Positions 1 to 9,135 of a stretch of DNA of 64,000 nucleotides are shown piece by piece. The first letter of the stretch is position 1. Each line of letters begins with the position of its first letter. Both the position numbers and the translations under genes were made by a program. Under the pieces are notes generated by a model. It was not told where the DNA came from, did no database searches, and saw only the letters and a list, made by a program, of their open reading frames with translations. The DNA is from an uncultured Actinomycetes bacterium. Its GTDB lineage: Bacteria > Actinomycetota > Actinomycetes > Jiangellales > Jiangellaceae. The stretch lies in NCBI GenBank assembly GCA_964356295.1, contig CAYHHE010000001.1, positions 23,908 through 87,907 of the forward strand, given 5' to 3'.

Positions 1-287
1 CAGCCGCCGACCTGGGTGCCAAGCCGTGGCGCACGTTCCGTGACGTCATGGTGCCGATCCTCTGGCCGGCCATCGTCGCCGGCTCGGTCTTCACATTCTC
101 GCTGAGCATGGGCGACTACATCACCGTCCAGCTCGTCGGAGGCACCGCGCAGATGCTGGGGAACGTCGTGTACCAGAACTTCTCGGTGAACCTTCCGTTC
201 GCGGCCGCCATGGCCACGCTGCCCGTCATCGTGATGATCGGCTACCTGCTGGCCGCCCGGCGCACCGGCGCCCTGGAGAGCCTGTGA
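1..287 (+). CDS. ABC transporter permease, C-terminal fragment (gene begins upstream of window)
   Basis: Frame is open from the window edge to the stop at 285-287. Hydrophobic TM-rich tail (PILWPAIVAGSVFTFSLSMGDYITVQLVGG...) is typical of PotB-type binding-protein-dependent permeases. The next permease gene starts 7 nt later. Confidence 0.8.
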   Translation, partial: AADLGAKPWRTFRDVMVPILWPAIVAGSVFTFSLSMGDYITVQLVGGTAQMLGNVVYQNFSVNLPFAAAMATLPVIVMIGYLLAARRTGALESL

Positions 288-294
288 GGGTGCG

Positions 295-1098
295 ATGACT
301 CTCAGCCGTCCGGTCAAGTGGGTGCTCGGTGCGCTGATGGCGCTGGGGCTCGCGTTCATCTATGTCCCGCTTGCCGTGGTGGTCATCAACTCGTTCAACG
401 CCAGCGCGACGTTCGCATGGCCTCCGACGGAGCTCACCCTCGAGTGGTGGCAGGCGGCGTTCGCCAACGAGGGGGTCCGTCAAGCGCTGGTGACTTCGCT
501 CAGGCTGGCTGCCGTGGCCACCATGCTGGCCCTGGTGCTGGGGACGTTGGCGGCGATGGCGCTCGCGCGCTACGAGTTCTTCGGACGCGACGTCGTGTCT
601 TTGCTGTTCGTGCTGCCTATCGCGTTGCCGGGCATCGTCACCGGCATCGCGCTCAACAACGTGTTCACCACGTATCTCGGTGGGTTGACGTTCGTCACGC
701 TCGTGATCGGACACGCCACGTTCTGCATCGTGGTGGTCATCAACAACGCTGCCGCCCGACTGCGCCGGACATCGCCGTCCATGGAAGAGGCGTCGATGGA
801 TCTCGGAGCCACCAGAGCCCGCACCTTCCGACTGGTGACGTTCCCTGCCCTGAGCAGCGCGCTGTTCGCCGGGGGGCTGCTGGCGTTCGGCCTGTCGTTC
901 GACGAGATCATCGTGACGACGTTCACCGCTGGACCTGGTGTGCAGACCCTGCCGCTGTGGATCTTCCAGAACCTCTTCCGGCCGAACCAGGCACCGGTCG
1001 TCAACGTCGTCGCTGCCTTCCTGGTCGTGGTCTCGATCGTTCCTGTCTACCTCGCGAATCGGCTTTCGGGTGGCTCGGTCACCGGCGCCGGCCGGTAG
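295..1098 (+). CDS. ABC transporter permease (PotC/polyamine-type family)
   Basis: ATG at 295, 267 aa, about 6 TM segments. Permease EAA-like loop region (EEASMDLGATRARTFRLVTFPAL). Confidence 0.85.
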   Translation: MTLSRPVKWVLGALMALGLAFIYVPLAVVVINSFNASATFAWPPTELTLEWWQAAFANEGVRQALVTSLRLAAVATMLALVLGTLAAMALARYEFFGRDVVSLLFVLPIALPGIVTGIALNNVFTTYLGGLTFVTLVIGHATFCIVVVINNAAARLRRTSPSMEEASMDLGATRARTFRLVTFPALSSALFAGGLLAFGLSFDEIIVTTFTAGPGVQTLPLWIFQNLFRPNQAPVVNVVAAFLVVVSIVPVYLANRLSGGSVTGAGR

Positions 1099-1099
1099 C

Positions 1100-1972
1100 T
1101 CAGCGCTGCTGTGTCGGAGCCGTGCCGGGCAGTCCGAGCCATGCCGACACCAAGGGCCCCGCGACCTGCGCGTTGTAGACCGAGTCGTGGTCGACGCCTT
1201 CCGGGTACTCGGTGGCCACCTCGTGACCGGCGGACTCCAACGCTGCGGCGAACTGCTCGGTGAGCTGCTTCGGGACCAGGGGGTCGGCGGCCCCGTGCAC
1301 GAGGAGCACGGGCAGGTCCGGCCGCTCATCGGCCAGGGCCATCGGGTCGCCGGGCGCCCAGTCCGCAGGGTCGGGCAGGCCGGGCCCGAACAGGTTGGCC
1401 GCCACGTCCGGGACGTCGGTGACGGCGGACAGACCAGCCAGACCGATGAGGCGGTCCGGGAACGCCGCAGGACTGGGGCAGCCCTGCTCGTCGGTGAACT
1501 CGTCAGGGTCCAGGGCGACCAGCGCCGCGAGGGTCGCGCCCGCGGAGTGCCCGAGGACGACCACCTCCGAGGGGGGCCGTCCTCGGCGTGTCGCCTCGGC
1601 GGCGGCGAAGGCGACACCGCACGCCACGTCCTGGACCGGTGTCGGGAAGAACGCATCCTGCGCTGCGGTCCGGTACGTGGTCGTCGCAGCGGTCGCCCCG
1701 TCCCTGGCCAGCGACTCGGCCAACGGGACCATCCCGGTCGGGTCGGCCGACACGAAGCTGCCGCCGGGCACCAGCACCACCAGCGGTGAGGGTCCCTGGA
1801 GGGACGCAGGCGACAGGATGAGTGTCGTGGTCAGGCCCGGACCGACCGAGTGCGTGGTCGCCGGAAGCGTCGCTGTCGGCGCGGAAGCCTCGTCGTCGGC
1901 CGTCGTGTCGTTCGAGCATGCAGCCAGGGCGGCGACCACGACGCATGTGCCGGCGACGGCGCGACGCCCCAT
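1100..1972 (-). CDS. secreted/lipoprotein alpha/beta hydrolase (esterase/lipase-like)
   Basis: Nucleophile elbow VVLGHSAGA. Chosen start is MGRRAVAGTCVVVAALAACS (signal peptide plus lipobox LAAC). Its ATG overlaps the upstream gene's stop as ATGA at 1970-1974. The track ORF runs to 2065, but that N-terminal stretch overlaps the upstream CDS. Confidence 0.75.
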   Translation of the reverse strand: MGRRAVAGTCVVVAALAACSNDTTADDEASAPTATLPATTHSVGPGLTTTLILSPASLQGPSPLVVLVPGGSFVSADPTGMVPLAESLARDGATAATTTYRTAAQDAFFPTPVQDVACGVAFAAAEATRRGRPPSEVVVLGHSAGATLAALVALDPDEFTDEQGCPSPAAFPDRLIGLAGLSAVTDVPDVAANLFGPGLPDPADWAPGDPMALADERPDLPVLLVHGAADPLVPKQLTEQFAAALESAGHEVATEYPEGVDHDSVYNAQVAGPLVSAWLGLPGTAPTQQR

Positions 1973-2451
1973 CAGGGGCCCATCCGCGCTGAGTAGTCCC
2001 AGGCGTGCATCGTCACCGGTGTCAGTCGCAGCGCGACCTCGCTCGTCGCGCGCGACCGCAACCACCGTGCCAAGCCGGACGAGGGGTCATCGAGGTAGCG
2101 GTGGATGAGTCGCTCGAGGACGTCGGCTGCGCCGAGCTCGACGATCTCTGCCACGGCCTGGCCGCGCACCCCCCGGTAGGGCTGCGTGTCACCGGCGACC
2201 TCGTATCCGACCCTCGGGTCGGCACGCAGCCGCCGGACGATCACTGCGTCGGCCTGCGTGGCGCACCAGATCGCGCCGTCGTGGACGTCGAACCACATGG
2301 ACTGGACCATCGCTCCGTTTCGTCCTGACGTCGCCAGGCGGATGGGGATGACCTGGCTGGACAGGAAGGACCCGGCTGTCGAGGAGTCCCACGGCCCGGT
2401 GGGCTCCGGCAGGGTCGACCTCGGTCGCGGCACCGGATGATCGTCCTCCAA
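1972..2451 (-). CDS. pyridoxamine 5'-phosphate oxidase-like (PPOX/FMN-binding split-barrel) family protein
   Basis: 159 aa. Family-like pattern (IRLATSGRNGAMVQSMWF...GAIWCAT...RRLRADPRVGYEV...YRGVRGQ). High GC3. Confidence 0.65.
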   Translation of the reverse strand: MEDDHPVPRPRSTLPEPTGPWDSSTAGSFLSSQVIPIRLATSGRNGAMVQSMWFDVHDGAIWCATQADAVIVRRLRADPRVGYEVAGDTQPYRGVRGQAVAEIVELGAADVLERLIHRYLDDPSSGLARWLRSRATSEVALRLTPVTMHAWDYSARMGP

Positions 2452-2555
2452 CGACCCTCGCGCGCGCCAGGCCCTGTCTGGGGTGCGCGGTCGACCTGGT
2501 CAGTCGGGCGCTGTGGGCGCAGGACCACGATCCGGCAGAGATGATCGCGGGGTGA

Positions 2556-3026
2556 TCAGGAGATGAGGCCCAGCGCGTAGGCCCCCACGGTCGCGCTGAG
2601 CTCGGCCACCCTGGCAAGGTCGTCCTCGTCGGGAGGGCCGACCACCGACACCGGTTCGGCGACCGACCGCCAGGACAACCCGGTGGTCACGGTACGGATC
2701 GAGCGGGCAGCGCCCGCGGTGTCGTCGTTGCCGTGGATGTACACGCCGAAGGGCAGGCCGACGGTGGCACTCAGGCAGGGGTAGTAGACGACGTCGAAGA
2801 AGTGCTTCAGTGCCCCGGACATGTAGCCGATGTTGGCCGGTGTGCCCAGCAGCACCGCGGTCGCGCCCAGCACGTCGGCCGGCCCGGCGCTCAGCGCGGG
2901 TCGCACCGCGACGTCCAGCCCCTCGAGTGCCTCGTCGTGCGCCCCGTCCACGGCCGCCTCGAGCAGGGACTGGAGTGCGGGGGAGGGGGTGTGGTGGACC
3001 ACCAGCAGCCGCGCCGCGTCCGACAT
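2556..3026 (-). CDS. flavodoxin-like / NAD(P)H-dependent FMN reductase family protein
   Basis: 156 aa. LLVVHHTPSP...AVLLGTPANIGYMSGALKHFFD pattern of flavodoxin-fold oxidoreductases. Lies 28 nt downstream of the GH13 gene on the same strand. Confidence 0.6.
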   Translation of the reverse strand: MSDAARLLVVHHTPSPALQSLLEAAVDGAHDEALEGLDVAVRPALSAGPADVLGATAVLLGTPANIGYMSGALKHFFDVVYYPCLSATVGLPFGVYIHGNDDTAGAARSIRTVTTGLSWRSVAEPVSVVGPPDEDDLARVAELSATVGAYALGLIS

Positions 3027-3054
3027 CAGCGGGTCACCACCGACCGTCGAGTGA

Positions 3055-4596
3055 TCATGGTGTGCCTGCGTCCGCGTCCAGCCACGGCAGCTCGCTCAGG
3101 TCGGACACGCTGCGGGGTGACCCGTTCTCGGTCCAGGTGAGCGCCGCGGTGCGAGATGCCACGTCGGCCGCCAGTCGCGCGGACTCCGATCCGTGCCGCC
3201 AGGTCATCACCAGCTCGGGTCCCTCCACGACCGCGGTCATCTCCCCCGCGAAGGCCGGATGGGTGCTGCGGAACCGGATGAGCCGGAGGAGGGCCGCCAC
3301 GACCGGGCGCCGCAGGTTCGCGGCCACCTCGTCCGGGGAGTACACGTGACGGTTGACGTCGCGACCCACGTCGGTGCGCGCGAGCAGGTCCATGTCGTTG
3401 GATCCGGCCAGCATCCCCACGTAGTAGACCTGCGGGATGCCAGGGGTGAAGAACTGCAGGGCGCGGGCGATCAGGTAGGCGCTGTCGTCCCGGCCCAGGG
3501 CGTCGTAGAAGGTGCAGTTCACCTGGTACAGGTCGACGTTGCTGGCCGCCGCGCCGGTCGCCTGGCGCGAGGTGCCGCCGCTGCCGGCGTGGATGGCCTC
3601 GACCAGGCCATCGATCTGCGCGGGGCTGAGCAGGCCCGGCCTGGTCCTGTCCTGCGGGTCGGCGCCGACGTCGACGACCCCGATGCCGTCATGGGTGTCC
3701 AGGACGGTGACGGCGTTGCGTGGGCGCACCAGGAGCCAGGCGTGCAGCGGCTCGGCGTCCCCGGTGATCAGGGCGTGGAGCACCAGCGGGGGCAGGGCGA
3801 AGTCGTACACGAGGTCGACGCGGCGGGCGATGGCGACCTGCTGCTGGTAGTAGGAGTGCACCTCGACGAGCACCTGCAGGCCACGCTCGTGGCACCAGCA
3901 GGCGATCTCGTCGATGAAGCCGAAGGTGTCCTCGGTCATGAACGACGTCGTCCCGGGGGTCTTGACCGCGTATCCCACCGCGTCCAGCCGCACGGACGCT
4001 GCCCCGGCCCCGGCGATCCGATCGAGTACGGCCAGCAGGTACTCACGACCGGCGTCGCTGCGCACGTCGATGTCCACCTGGTGCGGGGTGAACGTCGTCC
4101 AGACCAGTCGTCTGCTGCCGTCGGCCATCGCGAACGCGGTGAACGGCAGGCCGGGTCGTGGCCGGTACAGCGCCATCAGGTCCTGCTCGGTGGCGCCGTG
4201 CGGGAACACCGAGGAGAGGGTGAGGAACATGTCGGCGTAGCGGGAGGATGCGCCGTTGGACAGCCAGTCGGTGAACTGCGGCGAGCGGGCCGAGACGTGG
4301 TTGACGATCACGTCGATCATCACGTCGAGGTCGGCGGCCACGTCCGCTACGTCCGCCCAGGTTCCCAGTCGCTGGTCGACCGCGGTGTGGTCGTCCGGGT
4401 CGAACCCGGCGTCCGCCGCGTCGAACGGGGTGAAGAACGGCAGCACGTGCACCCCGCCGAACAGGCCGGCGAGCGAGCCGCGCAGCAGACGAGCCAGACC
4501 CGGGAGGTCACCGGCGAGCCGGTCGGCGTAGGTGATGAGCTGCACCTGGTTGCGCAACACGAGTCCTCCTGCCGCGTGTCCCGGGATGCTAGGCAT
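3055..4596 (-). CDS. GH13_18 sucrose-phosphorylase-family glycoside phosphorylase (substrate not assignable)
   Basis: N-terminus NQVQLITYADRLAGDLPGL...HVLPFF.PFD.ADAGFDP.DH and MIDVIVNHVS are hallmarks of sucrose/glucosylglycerate phosphorylases. Alternative GTG start at 4560 (VLRNQVQLITY) has GGAGGA just upstream. Confidence 0.85.
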   Translation of the reverse strand: MPSIPGHAAGGLVLRNQVQLITYADRLAGDLPGLARLLRGSLAGLFGGVHVLPFFTPFDAADAGFDPDDHTAVDQRLGTWADVADVAADLDVMIDVIVNHVSARSPQFTDWLSNGASSRYADMFLTLSSVFPHGATEQDLMALYRPRPGLPFTAFAMADGSRRLVWTTFTPHQVDIDVRSDAGREYLLAVLDRIAGAGAASVRLDAVGYAVKTPGTTSFMTEDTFGFIDEIACWCHERGLQVLVEVHSYYQQQVAIARRVDLVYDFALPPLVLHALITGDAEPLHAWLLVRPRNAVTVLDTHDGIGVVDVGADPQDRTRPGLLSPAQIDGLVEAIHAGSGGTSRQATGAAASNVDLYQVNCTFYDALGRDDSAYLIARALQFFTPGIPQVYYVGMLAGSNDMDLLARTDVGRDVNRHVYSPDEVAANLRRPVVAALLRLIRFRSTHPAFAGEMTAVVEGPELVMTWRHGSESARLAADVASRTAALTWTENGSPRSVSDLSELPWLDADAGTP

Positions 4597-4841
4597 ACCA
4601 CAGCGAACGATGGTCCCCTCGTCCGACTTGGCGGGATACGGGACGAGTCAGCCATGGCCCTCAGGCGGGCATCGTCCCGTTCGGCCCTGTCCGCTTCGGT
4701 GCGGCCGGCTCCGCGACGCTGTTCGCCCTGGACACCGTCGCCAAGGTCGTCATCGTCCAGCTCAAGGTGGTCGTGGGGACTCGGCTGGTGTAGCACCGCG
4801 CGTCGACACGCGGTCTGCAGAGGCCTCGCGCCCGGGGTTCG

Positions 4842-5801
4842 CTAGGCCTGTCCGCGGGTGCGGAACCGCAGTGCAGTCGCCTGTTGGACCACCCGCACAG
4901 ACCGCAGCGACCGGTGGACCAGGCTCTCGTCCTCGCGGGTCATCCGGGTGCGCGGCACGGTGTCGTCGATGGGTTGCCCCCGCTGCGCGTCGTCCAGCTG
5001 CTGGTGAAGACGCAGTCGAGTGAGCACGGTGTATGCCGAGACCAGCTCGTGCACCGAGTCCGATGACAGCTGGGACGACTGCTCCGCTGCCTGAAGGCGC
5101 GCAGTCGTGGAGGGGGTCATCGTGCCCGCGGCCAGACCGTACAGCCGTGACAGCATGACCAGCGGCGCCAGGGCGCCCTTCTTGGTGTCGAAGCGGCCCG
5201 AGACCAGCCGCATGCGCCCGAACGGCGTCAGCCCGACCGGGAACGTCACCGCGGCCCGGGCCAACCCCTGCAGCAGCCGTGCCGACGCGGCGGCACGGAG
5301 CAACGTCTCCAGGAGATCACCGGTGTCCAGCATGCCGTGGATGGGTCGCAGATCCAGGAAGACGCTGGCATCGATCAGCGCCTGCGGGGTCGGGTCCGCG
5401 AACCGGTTCTGCAGGCTCGACCGCCAGTCGGCGAGACTGTGGCACCAGGTCGTCGCCATGTAGTTGCCGTCGCAGCGACGCAGCCCTGCGGACTGCAGGT
5501 CCGCCACTACACGCTCGGCGAGCCGTCGACCGAACTCGATCGCGTCGGGCGAGCCGTCGGCCAGGACGATCGCGTTGTCCTGGTCACTTGCCAGCGACAA
5601 CTCGCGACGGGCATGAGATCCGAGTGAGAGCCACGCATAGTCGGTCGGAGGCGAGCCGAGCTCATGCTCGGCGCGGGCGATCGACTGGCGAGTGATGTCG
5701 TCGTAGTAGTCGGCGAGCCCGGCCGCCGCGAGGGGTGCCGGTCTCTCGGTGGCCAGCCGCCCGGCCTCCTGCAACGTCGTCGCGAACGACAGGCCGGTCA
5801 C
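4842..5801 (-). CDS. DUF294-type putative nucleotidyltransferase (stand-alone, no cNMP/CBS sensor domains)
   Basis: Core YAWLSLGSHARRELSLASDQDNAIVL plus a C-terminal DUF294_C-like helical part. Start chosen is GTG 5801, preceded by GGAGG about 10 nt upstream. The track ORF extends to 5945. Confidence 0.65.
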   Translation of the reverse strand: MTGLSFATTLQEAGRLATERPAPLAAAGLADYYDDITRQSIARAEHELGSPPTDYAWLSLGSHARRELSLASDQDNAIVLADGSPDAIEFGRRLAERVVADLQSAGLRRCDGNYMATTWCHSLADWRSSLQNRFADPTPQALIDASVFLDLRPIHGMLDTGDLLETLLRAAASARLLQGLARAAVTFPVGLTPFGRMRLVSGRFDTKKGALAPLVMLSRLYGLAAGTMTPSTTARLQAAEQSSQLSSDSVHELVSAYTVLTRLRLHQQLDDAQRGQPIDDTVPRTRMTREDESLVHRSLRSVRVVQQATALRFRTRGQA

Positions 5802-6053
5802 GGCCGCCGTGCCTCCGTTCCTCGCCTCACCAGGCCTGTCACCAGGCCATGATCCCTGCTCGACCCACCATCGTCCAGGCTGCGATGCAGCCGGGCAGCG
5901 CGGCTCGGCACGTCCGATGCGACAGCCCCCTCCGAGGGGTGCCACTCGCGCCGCCTAGCCGTCTGGTGCCGCGGTGTGGCATTCTGGGCGACGCCGGGAT
6001 ACCGAGTCTGAGGCCGTTGGGGAAGACGTCCCTCAGACGAAGGAGGACCGGTG

Positions 6054-6545
6054 GTGACTCGTGGAGTGTTGTTCGTCCACGCCGCTACGTCGGCGCTGTG
6101 CCCGCATGTCGAGTGGGCCGTCGCCGGCGTCCTTGGCGTGTCCTTACCCATGCAGTGGACGCCACAGCCGGTGGCGCCGGGCACCTTCCGCACCGAGGTG
6201 TCCTGGCAGGGCCCGGTCGGCACGGCAGCGGCGCTGACGTCCGCCCTTCGCGGGTGGCAGCACGTGCGCTTCGAGGTCACCGAGGAGCCCACCGCGAGCT
6301 CTGAGGGCGCGAGGTACTGCTTCACCCCCTCATTGGGGGTGTTCCACGCAACCACTGGGCTGCACGGTGACATCCTCGTCCGCGAGGACCGGCTGCGGGC
6401 GGCCATGGCCCGGGTGCGCGCCGGCAGCTCGGAGGCTGGCGAGGAGATCGACACTCTGCTCGGCAAGGCCTGGGACGACGAGCTCGAACCGTTCCGGCAC
6501 GCCGGCGACGGGACGCCGGTGCGCTGGCTGCACGAGGTGGGCTGA
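6054..6545 (+). CDS. DUF3145 domain-containing protein
   Basis: TRGVLFVHAATSALCPHVEWAV... matches the conserved actinobacterial DUF3145 N-terminus. AGGAGGA lies 6 nt upstream of GTG 6054 (track start is 6051). Its position next to fabF is typical. Confidence 0.8.
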   Translation: MTRGVLFVHAATSALCPHVEWAVAGVLGVSLPMQWTPQPVAPGTFRTEVSWQGPVGTAAALTSALRGWQHVRFEVTEEPTASSEGARYCFTPSLGVFHATTGLHGDILVREDRLRAAMARVRAGSSEAGEEIDTLLGKAWDDELEPFRHAGDGTPVRWLHEVG

Positions 6546-6563
6546 GCCCGTTGCGGCACCCGG

Positions 6564-7829
6564 TCAGGCGGTGCGGAACGCCAGGGCGACGTTGTGCCCG
6601 CCGAACCCGAAGGAGTTGCTTACCGCCGCCAGGTCGCCCTCACCCAGAGCCCGAGGCGTGCCAGTGACCACGTCAAGGTGCACCTCGTCGTCGGGGTCCT
6701 CCAGGTTGATGGTCGGGGGGGCGGTGCGTTCGGTGAGCGCCAGCACCGTCGCGACCGCCTCGACCGCTCCAGCGGCGCCGAGGAGGTGGCCGGTCATCGA
6801 CTTCGTGGCCGACACGGCCACCTCGTCGGTGGCATCGCCCAGGCAGGAGCGGATGGCCAGCGACTCCGCCACGTCGCCTTGCGGGGTGGAGGTGGCGTGG
6901 GCGTTGAGGTGTCGGATGTCCCGCGGCGCCAGGTCGGCGTCGGCCAGGGCATCCACCATCGCCTGGGCGGCACCCGCACCGACCGGGTCGGGCTGGGCGA
7001 TGTGGTGGGCGTCCGATGTCATCCCGACGCCGGCCACCTCGGCGTACACCCGGGCGCCTCGACCTGCGGCGTGCTCGGCCGACTCCAGCACGAGCACACC
7101 CGCACCCTCCCCGTAGACGAAGCCGTCGCGACCCTTGTCGTAGGGACGGCTGGCCCGTTCCGGCTCGTCGTTGCGGCGCGACAGCGCCTGCATGTTCGCG
7201 AACGCAGCGATCGGAAGCGGATGGATCGCGGCTTCGGTGCCGCCGCAGACGACGATGTCGGCCCGCCCGCTGCGGATCATCTGAAGACCCTGACCGATCG
7301 CCTCGGCTCCGGACGCGCACGCGCTGATCGGGGTGTGCACTCCGGCGCGCGCGACGAGCTCGAGCGCGATAGCAGCAGCGGGGCCGTTCGGCATCAGCAT
7401 CGGGATCGCCAGCGGTGAGACCCGCCGGGCGCCCTTCTCGCGCAGCGCGTCGTAGTTGGCCAGCGTGGTCAGCACCCCGCCGATCCCGGTGCCGACGACG
7501 ACCCCGAGCCGGTCGGGGTCCATCCGGCCCGAGTAGTCCTCGTCGGCAGGGCTGGGAAGGCCGGCGTCCGCCCATGCCTCCCGGGCGGCGATCAGCGCCA
7601 GCTGCGCGGTCCGGTCGAGCCGCCGGGCCTCCACCCGGTCGAGCACGTCGAGCGGGTCGACCGCCACAGGGGCGCAGATGTGCACCGGCAGGATCGCCAC
7701 CCACTCCTCGGGCAGCCGGCGCACCCCGGACCTCCCGGCGAGCATGCCGGCCCAGGTAGACCGGGCGTCCCCGCCCAGCGGGGTCGTGGCGCCCAGCCCG
7801 GTGACGACGACACCGCGCGCGGAGACCAC
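6564..7829 (-). CDS. fabF: beta-ketoacyl-ACP synthase II
   Basis: 421 aa. KAS II pattern: active-site ISACASG, HAHATSTP.GD, NSFGFGGHN. Confidence 0.95.
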   Translation of the reverse strand: MVSARGVVVTGLGATTPLGGDARSTWAGMLAGRSGVRRLPEEWVAILPVHICAPVAVDPLDVLDRVEARRLDRTAQLALIAAREAWADAGLPSPADEDYSGRMDPDRLGVVVGTGIGGVLTTLANYDALREKGARRVSPLAIPMLMPNGPAAAIALELVARAGVHTPISACASGAEAIGQGLQMIRSGRADIVVCGGTEAAIHPLPIAAFANMQALSRRNDEPERASRPYDKGRDGFVYGEGAGVLVLESAEHAAGRGARVYAEVAGVGMTSDAHHIAQPDPVGAGAAQAMVDALADADLAPRDIRHLNAHATSTPQGDVAESLAIRSCLGDATDEVAVSATKSMTGHLLGAAGAVEAVATVLALTERTAPPTINLEDPDDEVHLDVVTGTPRALGEGDLAAVSNSFGFGGHNVALAFRTA

Positions 7830-7832
7830 GCC

Positions 7833-8078
7833 TCAGGCCACCGAGCGCTCGATGTAGGCAACCGCGTCGCCGACGGTCCGCAGGCCCTTGACGTCGTCGT
7901 CAGGGATCTGGACACCGAAGCGCTCCTCGGCCGCCACGACCACCTCGACCATGGAAAGGGAGTCCACGTCCAGGTCGTCGGTGAACGACTTCTCCAGCTG
8001 GATGTCCTCGGTGGGGATGCCGGCGATCTCGTTGACGATCTCGGCGAGACCAGCGCGGATCTCCTCGGTGGTGGCCAT
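7833..8078 (-). CDS. acpP: acyl carrier protein
   Basis: 81 aa with the phosphopantetheine site DLDVDSLSMVE. Sits between fabH and fabF. Confidence 0.95.
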   Translation of the reverse strand: MATTEEIRAGLAEIVNEIAGIPTEDIQLEKSFTDDLDVDSLSMVEVVVAAEERFGVQIPDDDVKGLRTVGDAVAYIERSVA

Positions 8079-8127
8079 GTGGGTTACCTCCTGGGGGTGG
8101 GTGGGACAACAGGCCGAGGGTATGCGA

Positions 8128-9135
8128 TCAGGGGACGCGGACGACCTGAGCGGCGTAGACGAGTCCGGCGCCGAACCCGATGGTCAGAGCCAGGTCACCG
8201 CTGGACAGCTCGCCGTCGGCGATCATCCGGTCCAGGGCGAGCGGGATCGACGCAGCCGACGTGTTGCCTTGGTGAACGATGTCACGCGCGATGGCGACGT
8301 GGTCCGGGAGCTTGAGGGCACGGGCCATGGCATCGGTGATCCGCATGTTGGCCTGGTGCGGGACGAAGGCGGCCAGGTCGTCCAGGGCGATGCCCGCGGC
8401 TTCGAGCGCCTGCCTGGCCGCCTTGGCCATCTCGAAGGCGGCCCACCGGAACACCGGGTTGCCGTCCATCTCGATGTACGGCCAGCGGGGGCCGCCGGGC
8501 TGGGCGAATGCCTCGTCCCATGGGTGGTCCTGGCGGATCAGCGCGATCCCGGAGGTGTCCGAGCCCCAGACCACCGGCCCGATCCCCGACTGCTCGGACG
8601 GGCCGACGACGACGGCCCCCGCCCCGTCACCGAAGATGAACGCGGTCGCGCGGTCGTCCCGGTTCAGGAACGTGCTGAGCTTCTCCACACCGATGACCAG
8701 GACGTGGCGCGCGCTGCCCCCGCGGACCATGTCCGAGGCCAGGGCGACCCCGTGGCAGAACCCGGCGCACGCCGCCCCGACGTCGAAGGCGGCCGCGCCT
8801 GCCGTGCCGATCCGCAGCTCGACCTCAGGGGCGACCGACGGGGTCTGGTTCAGCCCGGTGGAGGTGGCCACGATGATCACGTCGACCTCGGACGGGGTCA
8901 GGCCGGCGTGCGCCAGCGCCTTTCCTGCCGCCTCGGCACCCATGTCTGCGACCGTCTCGTCGTCCCTGGCGAAGCGCCGGTCCTCGATTCCGGACCGGCT
9001 GCGGATCCACTCGTCGCTGGAGTCGATGCGTTCGAGGATCTCGGCGTTGCCGACCACACGCTCGGGGCGGTAGGCCCCCAGCCCCAGGATGGTGGCCTCG
9101 GGGCCGCGGGCGGCGGCACGGATCGAAGGGGTCAT
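8128..9135 (-). CDS. fabH: beta-ketoacyl-ACP synthase III
   Basis: Start MTPSIRAA...ILGLGAYRPERVV at 9135, overlapping the fabD stop (ATGA). Contains AACAGF, HQAN, GFGAG motifs. The upstream part of track ORF 8128..9312 is an Arg-rich extension. Confidence 0.9.
   Translation of the reverse strand: MTPSIRAAARGPEATILGLGAYRPERVVGNAEILERIDSSDEWIRSRSGIEDRRFARDDETVADMGAEAAGKALAHAGLTPSEVDVIIVATSTGLNQTPSVAPEVELRIGTAGAAAFDVGAACAGFCHGVALASDMVRGGSARHVLVIGVEKLSTFLNRDDRATAFIFGDGAGAVVVGPSEQSGIGPVVWGSDTSGIALIRQDHPWDEAFAQPGGPRWPYIEMDGNPVFRWAAFEMAKAARQALEAAGIALDDLAAFVPHQANMRITDAMARALKLPDHVAIARDIVHQGNTSAASIPLALDRMIADGELSSGDLALTIGFGAGLVYAAQVVRVP

Noticed and set aside
4347-4796. 149-aa minus-strand ORF starting in the 4597-4841 spacer (acidic N-terminus HDHLELDDDDLGDG…)
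   Set aside because: It runs out of frame through the 5' end of the GH13 phosphorylase gene. It has only moderate GC3, unlike the near-saturated GC3 of real genes here, and I recognised no family.
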